Shown: one piece after another, positions 1 to 8,688 of the stretch
How positions within the stretch are numbered: position 1 is the stretch's first letter
Layout: every line of letters starts with the position of its first letter
NCBI GenBank assembly: GCA_041497495.1
Contig: JBGQGR010000001.1
Location: forward strand, 1 to 45,482
Length of the DNA: 45,482 nt
Direction of reading: 5' to 3'
Source: Anaerolineae bacterium
GTDB lineage: Bacteria; Chloroflexota; Anaerolineae; Fen-1058
The notes under the pieces: model-generated
The model's database searches: none
Seen by the model: the letters and a program-made list of their open reading frames with translations, nothing else
What the model was told of the DNA's origin: nothing
Made by a program: the position numbers and the translations under genes

Positions 1-2435
1 GCAGTATTCGATCAGTTTTCATCTGGGGGATCAGCGCCACCGTTATCTTCATCGCGCTGACACCTTCAATGTGGACCGCTCCGATCGAAACATTGCAATA
101 TATCGCAGCGACGGCGCAGACTTTCGCCGCGACCCCCCACCACGTCAATTTCTTGCTGGGTAGTAATGATCTTGATCCCGGTCCGCTGTTTTATCCCACC
201 GTCATCGCGTTCCGCTCTACACCGGCTATGTGGCTGGGGCTTATCTCAGCGATATGGCTTATCACGCGGGCACAGTCACGGTCTGAACGCCGCTTACGGG
301 CTGCCTCATTCGTATTTTTATTCTTTGCAATTCTTTTCCTGGGATTAATCACGATCGGCGCCAAGAAACTTGAACGCTACAGCCTGCCGACCCTGGAAGG
401 GTTGAATATCACTGCGGCACTGGGTATCGAATACTCGATGACACGAATTCTTCAGCGCGCCACACGCCGCACGGCCGTTTTGTCCAACGCTCTAACGGGC
501 TTGTGTGTGCTGGCTGTCGCCAGCCAATTCCTGATGGTTTATCCATATACTTTCCGATCATATAATCCAGTCCTTGGCGGCTACCGCAATGCTGATCTGA
601 CTTTACGAGTTGGCGGTGATGAAGGCGGCGAAGTCGGCGCGGCCCTCAGGGCATCGCCCTACAACTCGAACAGCATTGCGCTGTCCGACTTGGTCGGTAT
701 TGCTCCATTTTTTGCGGGGAACCTGTATGCCGTCAATCTAGCCGGCTTCACGCATGCTGATTATTTTCTGTTCTCCACCCAAAATTTCAAACTAACCCCC
801 GACCTCCCTGCCCAATGGATCGGCGATGCAACACCGGTGATGACCATCACGGTGCAGGCGCAACCGTTTGCCTGGCTGTATCCCAATCCATGGCTGGCAG
901 CCGATCGGCAACGGTTGATCGATCAGCGCCAAGCCGGTGATGCACTGATCGTCGACGACACGGTTAATCTGCCACAGAATAGTACTGATCCAACAATTTA
1001 TCTGCCGAGTGATATGAGTGAGGCCGATGCACTGAATTTATTGACCGGCCTGGCCGCAGCCCATAGCCGGATCTTCGTCCTGCACTATACCGTCAGCCCT
1101 TCACACGCCACCAATCGGATCTTTCGATTGTTGGATATTTATGCGATCAGACTGGCTGACTGGTCAACACGCTTGGGCAGCGGCGCCTTATATGAATTGC
1201 CCCAACTATTTTCCTTCAACATCGAGCCTACCGCGCTGAAGGCCAGCGTTACCTTTGGTGATCGGCTGCAGCTCGATCAGGCTGATTTAATTTCAGCACA
1301 CATTCAACCCGGTCAATCCATTGGCGTGAGCACTTCTTGGTCAGCCAGTGGAGAGCCGGCGCAGGCGACCGTTACTCTTTCAGATGAAGCCGGCCATGAT
1401 TGGGGTGCCGGGGATGCTCAGGTGCCAATGAATACCTCGACTGCGCGCCGCATCTTGGTCGCCACGCCTTTGACGATTCCGCCCGGCCAGTATCGATTGA
1501 CACTGAATGTTACTGATGTAGACAGCGGTAATCCGATCGATTCCCGCCGCCCCGATGGATCTTTCGGCGGCTTCGGTTGGCTGCTCGGCATCATCACCAT
1601 CGATCCAGCGCACAAGCCGATCGACCCCGCCAGCCGCCGACCGCCGATTCTCATCAACGCGAATATCGGCGGCCTGCAAGCTATCGGCTCAGACCTGCCG
1701 CCCGATCCAGTGATCAGTGGTGATCCCTGGACGCTGTCGATGGAATGGGCCTCGACCACCGATCATTTGCCCACATTCGATATAAACTGGCTGGTCATGA
1801 AGAATGAGCAGATCGTTTACTCCACAACGATGCCGCTCAACTCATATCCCACCGCGGAATGGTACAACGGTGAAGTGATACAGAGCAAATACGATTTTCG
1901 TCTGCCCATCACACTGACCGCTGGCAAGTATGATCTTGATTTTCAGCTGCTTGATCAAGATCGTCGAGCGCTAATCGGATCCAAGCCAACCCACCTCACA
2001 TTGCTTCACATCCAATCGCGCAATCGCGATTTTGCGCCGCCAGCCGAAACTGAATATCCGATCGACGTAACGTTTGGCGGCTTCGTCCGCCTAGCTGGTG
2101 CAAATCTCGCACAGACCGATCAAGTCTTAACGGTGACATTGTGGTGGCAAGCCCAGCAAACTACCAGAAATAACTACACCACCTTCGTGCAGATCGTCGA
2201 TCCAAATGCTCAAATCGATCAACAGATCGACAGCTGGCAGCTGGGCGGGGACTTACCCACGAGCACATGGCTTCCCGGCCAACTTATTAGAGATCAGTAT
2301 GTATTCAAGCTGCCATCAACTGCTTATCAGATTGGAGTAGGCTTGTATAATGCAGGTAATGGACAACGCTTACCGGCAATCGCTTCAACCGGCACTCGGC
2401 TCGCTCAAGATCGAGTGCTGCTGACCCGACAATGA
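1..2435 (+). CDS. GT-C fold membrane glycosyltransferase-like protein (GT39/PMT_2-like), 5'-truncated by the window edge, with C-terminal repeat modules
   Basis: The frame of ORF 69..2435 stays open back to nt 3. The upstream residues SIRSVFIWGISATVIFIALTPSMW align with IRAFFIWGICASIVFFALYPAMW of the paralog at 5346..8495. The two are collinear throughout (LIDQRQAGDALI, GDPWTLSMEWAS, QSKYDFRLPIT, PTSTW...GLYNA). Confidence 0.85.
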   Translation, partial: SIRSVFIWGISATVIFIALTPSMWTAPIETLQYIAATAQTFAATPHHVNFLLGSNDLDPGPLFYPTVIAFRSTPAMWLGLISAIWLITRAQSRSERRLRAASFVFLFFAILFLGLITIGAKKLERYSLPTLEGLNITAALGIEYSMTRILQRATRRTAVLSNALTGLCVLAVASQFLMVYPYTFRSYNPVLGGYRNADLTLRVGGDEGGEVGAALRASPYNSNSIALSDLVGIAPFFAGNLYAVNLAGFTHADYFLFSTQNFKLTPDLPAQWIGDATPVMTITVQAQPFAWLYPNPWLAADRQRLIDQRQAGDALIVDDTVNLPQNSTDPTIYLPSDMSEADALNLLTGLAAAHSRIFVLHYTVSPSHATNRIFRLLDIYAIRLADWSTRLGSGALYELPQLFSFNIEPTALKASVTFGDRLQLDQADLISAHIQPGQSIGVSTSWSASGEPAQATVTLSDEAGHDWGAGDAQVPMNTSTARRILVATPLTIPPGQYRLTLNVTDVDSGNPIDSRRPDGSFGGFGWLLGIITIDPAHKPIDPASRRPPILINANIGGLQAIGSDLPPDPVISGDPWTLSMEWASTTDHLPTFDINWLVMKNEQIVYSTTMPLNSYPTAEWYNGEVIQSKYDFRLPITLTAGKYDLDFQLLDQDRRALIGSKPTHLTLLHIQSRNRDFAPPAETEYPIDVTFGGFVRLAGANLAQTDQVLTVTLWWQAQQTTRNNYTTFVQIVDPNAQIDQQIDSWQLGGDLPTSTWLPGQLIRDQYVFKLPSTAYQIGVGLYNAGNGQRLPAIASTGTRLAQDRVLLTRQ

Positions 2436-2475
2436 ATAGGCTATCTGCCTGTTCCGCTTGGCCCCGACTACTCTG

Positions 2476-3450
2476 ATGAAACTTGGCCGAATTCTCCGCG
2501 TCCTCATCAGCCTGATCATTCTGGCGATCGTCATTGCCAGCGTCGGCGCCGATCGATTGTTCGATGCGCTGCGCTCGATCAATCTCGGCTGGTTCGCGAT
2601 CGCGCTGTTGTTTCATATGATCGGCCTGATCGTCCGCACGTATCGCTGGTCGATCTTGATCAAAGCCTTAGGCACCCCGGTGTCTTTTGGTCGATTGTTG
2701 TACTTGTACTTAGCGGGCACATTCTTCAACACGTTTTTGCCGACCAACATCGGCGGCGATGTGGTGAAGATCATCGAACTCTCGTCGGATCGAGGCGGGG
2801 CGCAGGCGTTCAGCAGCGTGTTCGCCGATCGGTTGACGGGCATTCTGGGTTCGTCGTTGATCGCACTCGTTGTCGCCATCCTCGATCCGGCGGATGTGCC
2901 GTCGTATGTCGTGTTGACTGTGATTTTGATTTCAGCCGGAATTTTGATCGCTTCGTTCTTGTTGACCCAACGCCGTTTCTTCGAATGGATCGTTGCGCAC
3001 TTAAAATTCTGGCCGAAAGTCCCGGGCGTAAAGAAGATTCAGAAAGTTGCCGAAGCGGTAACTTCATATTCAATTGGCGCAATTGTGAGGGCGATGCTGG
3101 TCTCACTGCCTTTCACGCTAACATTGATCGCCACACAGTATGCCCTGGCGCTCGGTCTGGGCATCGATGCGCCGCTGCGCTACTTTGCGTTATTCGTACC
3201 GATCATTGCACTGGCTCAGCTAATACCCATTTCATTCAACGGCCTCGGCGTGCGCGAAGGAACCTATCAAGTTTTATTCGGCGCAGTTGGTGTCGATCAA
3301 GCTCAAGCGGTAGCCATATCGTTCATGTATTACATCGTGCGCGTCGTCGGCGGATTGTTCGGCGGGCTGCTATATCTGATCGGGAATTTGAAAACGAACA
3401 GCGACGAAAGACGAACGACGAACGAAGATGTGTCAATTGATCATGAGTAG
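2476..3450 (+). CDS. Flippase-like / LPG_synthase_TM (UPF0104) family polytopic membrane protein
   Basis: Multi-TM ORF with the family-typical RTYRWSILIKALG and FFNTFLPTNIGGDVVK motifs. The ORF track starts at TTG 2458, and I prefer the in-frame ATG at 2476 (MKLGRILRV...). The start is uncertain. Confidence 0.7.
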   Translation: MKLGRILRVLISLIILAIVIASVGADRLFDALRSINLGWFAIALLFHMIGLIVRTYRWSILIKALGTPVSFGRLLYLYLAGTFFNTFLPTNIGGDVVKIIELSSDRGGAQAFSSVFADRLTGILGSSLIALVVAILDPADVPSYVVLTVILISAGILIASFLLTQRRFFEWIVAHLKFWPKVPGVKKIQKVAEAVTSYSIGAIVRAMLVSLPFTLTLIATQYALALGLGIDAPLRYFALFVPIIALAQLIPISFNGLGVREGTYQVLFGAVGVDQAQAVAISFMYYIVRVVGGLFGGLLYLIGNLKTNSDERRTTNEDVSIDHE

Positions 3451-3530
3451 TTGGTCATTGGCCGTTCATCCTTGGTCACTCAGCATGTGTCATTGAGCCT
3501 TGTTCATTGTTAATTGATCATTGTTCATTT
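3430..3530. repeat. Tandem heptanucleotide array (about 14 units; TTGGTCA / TTGTTCA / TTGATCA variants)
   Basis: Read directly: GTGTCAA TTGATCA TGAGTAG TTGGTCA TTGGCCG TTCATCC TTGGTCA CTCAGCA TGTGTCA TTGAGCC TTGTTCA TTGTTAA TTGATCA TTGTTCA. It begins inside the last codons of the upstream gene and ends at a TATAAT box. Confidence 0.8.
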
Positions 3531-3535
3531 ATAAT
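3530..3535 (+). promoter_or_regulatory. Candidate -10 box (TATAAT) at the 3' end of the heptamer array
   Basis: Perfect TATAAT 26 nt upstream of ATG 3562. The same array-plus-TATAAT arrangement recurs at 27903..27908. I found no convincing -35. Confidence 0.3.
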
Positions 3536-3561
3536 CTGCTTCTCGCTAGGGAACTTACTGC

Positions 3562-5229
3562 ATGGCATTGAACCACAAAGCATTGATCATCGGTCTTGAC
3601 GGCGCAACGTGGACATTATTACGCCCGTGGATCGATCAAGGTCATTTGCCTAACCTCGCGCGTTTGGTTAACGAAGGCGCGTCTGGCCCATTGACGACCA
3701 CGATCCCGCCGGTGTCCGCCTCGGCCTGGGTGTCGTTTGCCACGGGCTGCAATCCGGGCAAGCATGGCGCGTTCGATTTTGTGTTTCCACAGCCGGGCGG
3801 TTACGATATCGGCGTGATCAATGTGAAGGTGCGCGGCGTGCCGCCGTTCTGGAAATCGATCGAAGAGGCGGGCGGGCAAGTGGGCTTGATGAGTGTGCCG
3901 ATCACGTATCCGCCGCAGCCGATCAACGGTTTCACGGTCAACGGTTTTCTGGTACCGAATGAACAATCGGCTTATACGTACCCACCCGAACTTAAAGAGG
4001 AGTTGAAGCACAATGGTCAGCGTTGGCCGCTGCACGAGTTCGAAGGCAATCGATCGCGTCATCCGGGACGCTTCTTGCAGGACATGCTCGACTTCGACGT
4101 GACGCGCACCGACACGATCGTGTGGTTGATGCAGCACAAACCGTGGGATACCTTGGCCTGTGTATTGAAGACACCGGATACCGTGCAGCATGAACTGTGG
4201 CACATCATCGATCCGACGCATCCGCGTTACGCGGCGGAACTCAATCGACAGTTCGCGCCGGCGGTGCTGGACTACTTCAAGAAGATCGATGAGTGCGTCG
4301 GCCGCATCATCGCCGCCGCGCCGCCTGAGACCTTCGCCGCCATCATGTCCGATCACGGCGGCGGGCCGTTCCACAAATTCTTTCACGTCAACAACTGGCT
4401 CGCTCAGCAGGGTCTATTGAAGTTTAAGCGCGCGCCGTTGAGTATGATCAAGCGCGCATTGTTCAAACTCGGCTTCACGCCGATCACTTCATTGAAGATC
4501 GTCAACTTGCTGCGCTTAGGCCGTTTGCGCAGAAGAGTGAAGCGCGGTCGAGGCCGCGGCATGTTGAAGCGCTTCTTCTTATCATTCGGCGATGTCGACT
4601 GGTCGCGCACCAACGCTTTTGCGGTCGGCAACTTCGGACAGATCTATATCAACTTGAAGGGCCAGCGTTCGCAAGGCATCGTCGAGCCGGGCGTGGAGTA
4701 CGAGGCCGTTCGGGATCAGATCATCCGATCGGCGTTAGCGCTGCGCGATCCGGACGGCGGCGATCAAGTGATCGCGGCAGTGTACAAGAAGGAAGAGTTG
4801 TATCACGGCGATCGAGTTCCGGTCGCGCCCGATCTGATCCTGCACACCGATCGATCCAAGTACGTTTCATTCGGCCACGCCGACTTCGGATCGAACAAAT
4901 TATTGGAGGCGAGCGTCGGCCAAACCGGACATCACACGATGGACGGCATCGTCGTCCTGCACGGCGAAGGCGTGCGGCCGAAGACCGGAATCAAAGGCAA
5001 TATCATCGACATTGCGCCAACGGTGTTGTATGCATTGGGACTGCCGATTCCAGCGATCATGGATGGACAAGTCATGCAATCGGCTTTCAGCGCTGAGTAT
5101 TTAGCCGCTCATCCCATCGTCCGGGCCGCCGCCGATGAGTCCGCTTCAAGCGGATCGACCCATGCGTATTCCGAAGAAGATGAAGCGCAGGTCATGGATC
5201 GCTTGCGCGAGTTAGGCTATGTAGCGTAA
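3562..5229 (+). CDS. Alkaline-phosphatase superfamily protein, type I phosphodiesterase / nucleotide pyrophosphatase (NPP)-like
   Basis: ATG start. The N-terminus ALIIGLDGATW...LPNL..L...G....L.TTIPPVSASAW.SFATG..PGKHG is typical of the Phosphodiest/NPP family, and a later DHGG block also fits. No signal peptide is obvious. Confidence 0.75.
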   Translation: MALNHKALIIGLDGATWTLLRPWIDQGHLPNLARLVNEGASGPLTTTIPPVSASAWVSFATGCNPGKHGAFDFVFPQPGGYDIGVINVKVRGVPPFWKSIEEAGGQVGLMSVPITYPPQPINGFTVNGFLVPNEQSAYTYPPELKEELKHNGQRWPLHEFEGNRSRHPGRFLQDMLDFDVTRTDTIVWLMQHKPWDTLACVLKTPDTVQHELWHIIDPTHPRYAAELNRQFAPAVLDYFKKIDECVGRIIAAAPPETFAAIMSDHGGGPFHKFFHVNNWLAQQGLLKFKRAPLSMIKRALFKLGFTPITSLKIVNLLRLGRLRRRVKRGRGRGMLKRFFLSFGDVDWSRTNAFAVGNFGQIYINLKGQRSQGIVEPGVEYEAVRDQIIRSALALRDPDGGDQVIAAVYKKEELYHGDRVPVAPDLILHTDRSKYVSFGHADFGSNKLLEASVGQTGHHTMDGIVVLHGEGVRPKTGIKGNIIDIAPTVLYALGLPIPAIMDGQVMQSAFSAEYLAAHPIVRAAADESASSGSTHAYSEEDEAQVMDRLRELGYVA

Positions 5230-5236
5230 AGTCCAC

Positions 5237-5319
5237 GTCATTGCGAGGGCGAAGCCCGAAGCAATCTCCCGATCGATCTTGAGATTGCTTCGTCGGCCTT
5301 ACGGCCGCCTCGCAATGAC
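5237..5319. repeat. Nested-palindrome REP/MITE-like element, copy A
   Basis: Outer inverted repeat GTCATTGCGAGG (5237-5248) / CCTCGCAATGAC (5308-5319). Inner inverted repeat CGAAGCAATCTC (5257-5268) / GAGATTGCTTCG (5281-5292). The same cores occur at 8509..8677 and 34590..34696. Confidence 0.85.
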
Positions 5320-5340
5320 ACCTACAAATTTTAGGTGTCA
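5316..5340. other. 9-bp hairpin TGACACCTA-(7 nt)-TAGGTGTCA just upstream of the TTG start at 5346
   Basis: Perfect inverted repeat read directly. It shares the TGACACCT arm with the inverted repeat at 18257..18305. Confidence 0.6.
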
Positions 5341-5345
5341 CCTAT

Positions 5346-8300
5346 TTGCAATCTCCTTCTTCGCCTCAGCGTTCTATCTCTCCAGCGCTCATTCTGCTCA
5401 GCAGTCTGATCTTTCTGCTCGCGCTTCTGGCGCGCCTCGGCGCGATCGATCGCTACGTCACGCCTGACGAGCTGCACTGGGTCGATCGATCGATCCGCTT
5501 CACCGATGCGGTTACGCATGGCAAGTGGGCGGACACGATCCAAAGCGGCCACCCCGGCGCGACGACAATGTGGCTCGGCTCGCTCGGCATCACGCTTCAA
5601 CATCTGAGCAATCCCGCCCTTCCACTGCCAAACACCTCGATCGATTTCTCTCCGCAAAACGCCGACGCGATGCGCGCGCTGGCAAAATTTCTTGACGCGG
5701 CACGACTGCCCGTTATTCTCGTCACTTCATTCAACATCACTTTGTTGTTCGTGCTGCTCAGCCGCAAGATCGATCGACGCGCGGCGTTTCTGGCCGCCGG
5801 ATTGATCGCGCTCGATCCATTTGGCGTCGCGTTGGGCAGCATTTTGCATGTCGATTCGCTTTTAGCGACTTTCAGCCTCGTTTCAATTGCAGCAGTGTTC
5901 ATTGCGATCGATCATCCACGACCGACACGCTGGTTGATCACATCGGGCGTGTTGGCGGGTCTGGCCGCACTGAGCAAATCACCCGCGATCGTTTTGGGGC
6001 CAATGACATTCATCATCCTCGCGATCAATGTTTGGCGGCAGCATCGATCGATCGGTCGCTTCATTCGAGCGTTTTTCATCTGGGGTATCTGCGCCTCGAT
6101 CGTTTTCTTCGCACTGTATCCGGCGATGTGGGTCAACCCGCTCACCGCGCTGGGCCGCATGGCCGCCACGGCTGAAAAGTTCGGTGAGCTCGCGCACGCG
6201 GTCAATTATTTCTTCGGCAGCCTCGATCGTAATCCCGGCCCACTGTTCTATCCCGTCGTCATTGCATTTCGATCGACGCCGATTCTCTGGGTCGGATTGA
6301 TCGCAATAGTCCCGTTGATCTTTCGGATGCGAACAAATATTGAGAAGAGTCTGCGCTCAAATGCCCTGCTCTATTTTCTGTTTGTAATCTTGTTCATTGG
6401 GCTGATCACGATCGGCGCGAAGAAACTCGATCGCTACTTGTTTCCGGCTTTGTTGGCACTAGATATCATCGGTGCGATGGGGCTGGCTTACGCGATCGGG
6501 TCGATCACCGATCGGTTAAAGAATCGATCGAGAGTTGCAACATTGATCGCAATTGGAGCCTGCTTCGCCATCGCCTCGATCCAATTCATGGACGTGTGGC
6601 CGCTGACCCTTCGAGCATACAATCCGTTATTGGGCGGATATAACGGTGCGAGCCGCGCACTGCCCGTCGGTGGCGGCGAAAGCGCAGAAGTAGGTGAAGC
6701 ATTAGCTGCATCAGCCTTCGCGTCAAAAGTAATTGCAGTCAGCGACATCGTCGGCACCGCACCATTCTTTCCGGGCAAGTTAGTGCCGAACGACGAAGCG
6801 GGTCTTGCGCGCGCCGATTATTTGTTGTTCAACGCATCAGATTTTCAACTCACGCCCAGTGTGCCGAAACAATGGATCGGATCAGCGTCGCCCGTGATGA
6901 CGTTCACCGTGCAGAATCAAAATTTCGCGTGGTTGTATCCAAATCAATGGCTGGCTGTCGATCGACAGCGTTTGATCGATCAACGCCAGGCAGGCGATGC
7001 ACTCATCACCGATTATGCGGCGGCGCTGCCCACTCAATCGGATGATCCGACGATTGTGTTGGCGGAAGACATCAGCGAAGCGGCTGCGATCGATCGCTTG
7101 AATCGCGTGGCTCAATCGCATTCGCGCATCTTCTTCATTCATTACGCGACCAGCCGCGATCCGACGAGCATTGTGGTGACCCGCCTGCTCGACACATTTG
7201 CGATCAAAGTGAATGACTGGTCATCGCCATTGAGCAGCGGCGCGTTGTATGTGCTGCTGAAAAATATTTCGTTCAAGGCTGAACCGACAGAATTGAACGC
7301 CAACGCGACATTTGGCGATCGAGCGCAATTGGCGCAAGCGCAACTTGTTTTGTCGCACGTGCAGCCCGGCCAATCGATCGGCTTGAACACCCAATGGATT
7401 GCCTCACTACCTGAATCACAATTGTTCGTGTCGCTGATCGATGATCGAGGTCACACGTGGAACCAGATCGATGATCGCGTGCCCGCCAGCGACAGCGGCA
7501 ACACGCAGCGCGCCAAGCGCCTCAGCCTGCCCGTGCCGCCTGTCACGCCGCCAGGCATTTATCAATTGAAGCTAAACGCCATCGATCTGGCGAGCGGCGG
7601 TCCGCTCAGCATTCAATCTGCGGACAATCATTTCGCCGGATTCGATTGGCTGCTGGGCTCGATCACAATCGATCCGGCACAGGTACAGATCGATCCCGCC
7701 ACACGCCAGCCCGCGATCGAGATCGATACCGATCTCGGCGGTCTGCATGCGATCGGATCGGATGCGCCGCCCGATCCGATCATAAGCGGTGATCCGTGGA
7801 CGTTGTCGATGGAATGGGCGTCAGGTGTAGAACACTTGTCGAACTTAGATGTTGCGTGGCTGTTGGTTTCAAACAATCAGATCGTTTACTCGACCACGCT
7901 GTCGCTTAACTCTTATTCGACCGATCATTGGCGCAGAGGTGATGTGCTGCAAAGCAAATATGATTTCCGTTTGCCGATCACGATCACTGCTGGCAAATAC
8001 GATCTCAAATTTAAGTTAGTCGATCATCTAACTAACCAGGCCTGGCATGCACAAGCCGTGCAACTGACATCCGTGAATCTGTCATCACGCCCGCGAGATT
8101 TTACTGCCCCAACGGTTCAATATCCAAGCGACGTTCAATTTGGCTCGATGGCAACTCTGCTCGGCGCGAACGTGCTTCAGTCCGATCAAGTATTGACCGT
8201 CACTTTGATCTGGCAGGTGAATCAGATCACGACGACGAATTACAGCACCTTCGTGCAAATCATCAACGGCGAACAAGTCGTCAAGCAGATCGATAACTGG

Positions 8301-8495
8301 CAGATCGGCGGTGATGCACCGACCAGCACGTGGGCCACTGGGCAAGTCATTCTCGATCAATATGTGTTTGAAGTATCATCGGGCCAGTATCAAGTCGGCG
8401 TTGGCCTGTACAATGCGGCTGATGGTCAGCGCTTGCCTGCGCTCGATCCGACGGGGAATCATTTGCCGCAAGATCGTGCGATTGTGATAAAGTAA
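5346..8495 (+). CDS. GT-C fold membrane glycosyltransferase-like protein (GT39/PMT_2-like) with C-terminal repeat modules
   Basis: 1049-aa ORF with a TTG start. N-terminal polytopic region with the first-loop motif YVTPDE...GHPGATTMWLG, then LDPF and KSPA. The C-terminal soluble half has repeated W-x-W / PTSTW / GxY modules. It is a close paralog of 1..2435. Confidence 0.8.
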   Translation: MQSPSSPQRSISPALILLSSLIFLLALLARLGAIDRYVTPDELHWVDRSIRFTDAVTHGKWADTIQSGHPGATTMWLGSLGITLQHLSNPALPLPNTSIDFSPQNADAMRALAKFLDAARLPVILVTSFNITLLFVLLSRKIDRRAAFLAAGLIALDPFGVALGSILHVDSLLATFSLVSIAAVFIAIDHPRPTRWLITSGVLAGLAALSKSPAIVLGPMTFIILAINVWRQHRSIGRFIRAFFIWGICASIVFFALYPAMWVNPLTALGRMAATAEKFGELAHAVNYFFGSLDRNPGPLFYPVVIAFRSTPILWVGLIAIVPLIFRMRTNIEKSLRSNALLYFLFVILFIGLITIGAKKLDRYLFPALLALDIIGAMGLAYAIGSITDRLKNRSRVATLIAIGACFAIASIQFMDVWPLTLRAYNPLLGGYNGASRALPVGGGESAEVGEALAASAFASKVIAVSDIVGTAPFFPGKLVPNDEAGLARADYLLFNASDFQLTPSVPKQWIGSASPVMTFTVQNQNFAWLYPNQWLAVDRQRLIDQRQAGDALITDYAAALPTQSDDPTIVLAEDISEAAAIDRLNRVAQSHSRIFFIHYATSRDPTSIVVTRLLDTFAIKVNDWSSPLSSGALYVLLKNISFKAEPTELNANATFGDRAQLAQAQLVLSHVQPGQSIGLNTQWIASLPESQLFVSLIDDRGHTWNQIDDRVPASDSGNTQRAKRLSLPVPPVTPPGIYQLKLNAIDLASGGPLSIQSADNHFAGFDWLLGSITIDPAQVQIDPATRQPAIEIDTDLGGLHAIGSDAPPDPIISGDPWTLSMEWASGVEHLSNLDVAWLLVSNNQIVYSTTLSLNSYSTDHWRRGDVLQSKYDFRLPITITAGKYDLKFKLVDHLTNQAWHAQAVQLTSVNLSSRPRDFTAPTVQYPSDVQFGSMATLLGANVLQSDQVLTVTLIWQVNQITTTNYSTFVQIINGEQVVKQIDNWQIGGDAPTSTWATGQVILDQYVFEVSSGQYQVGVGLYNAADGQRLPALDPTGNHLPQDRAIVIK

Positions 8496-8508
8496 AATCA
8501 ATTCCCTT

Positions 8509-8677
8509 CGTCATTGCGCGCGCAGTCCCTAGATGGCCCAGCCCCTAGGGATGTGCCACGAAGCAATCTCCACGACAATTAATTGAGATTGCTTCGTCGC
8601 GTCCTTCGGCTCCGCGCTACGCGCTCCGCTCAGGATGCTCACCTGCCCTGCGCGCCTTATGCAGGGTCGCAATGACG
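8509..8677. repeat. Nested-palindrome REP/MITE-like element, copy B (long variant)
   Basis: Outer CGTCATTGCG (8509-8518) / CGCAATGACG (8668-8677). Inner CGAAGCAATCTC (8559-8570) / GAGATTGCTTCG (8585-8596). The right arm GATGCTCACCTGCCCTGC...GCAGGGTCGCAATGACG is the reverse complement of the left arm of copy C. Confidence 0.85.
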
Positions 8678-8688
8678 GTTTAGGCTTT

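Noticed and set aside
3430-3530. Heptamer arrays (also 27806..27903 and 11961..12036) as possible CRISPR arrays.
   Set aside because: The units are 7 nt long and directly abutting, with no spacers. No repeats of 24-40 nt and no cas genes are in the window.
3619-4386. Long antisense or alternate-frame ORFs in the track, for example 3619..4386(-), 9300..10382(+), 34681..35394(+), 37178..38017(+), 25763..26281(-), 22925..23569(-) and 8877..9440(-).
   Set aside because: Each lies wholly inside a longer ORF with clear family motifs on the other strand or frame. Their translations are Arg/Ala/Gly-rich and low in complexity, as expected for shadow ORFs in GC-rich, palindrome-rich DNA. None has a Shine-Dalgarno or a recognisable motif.
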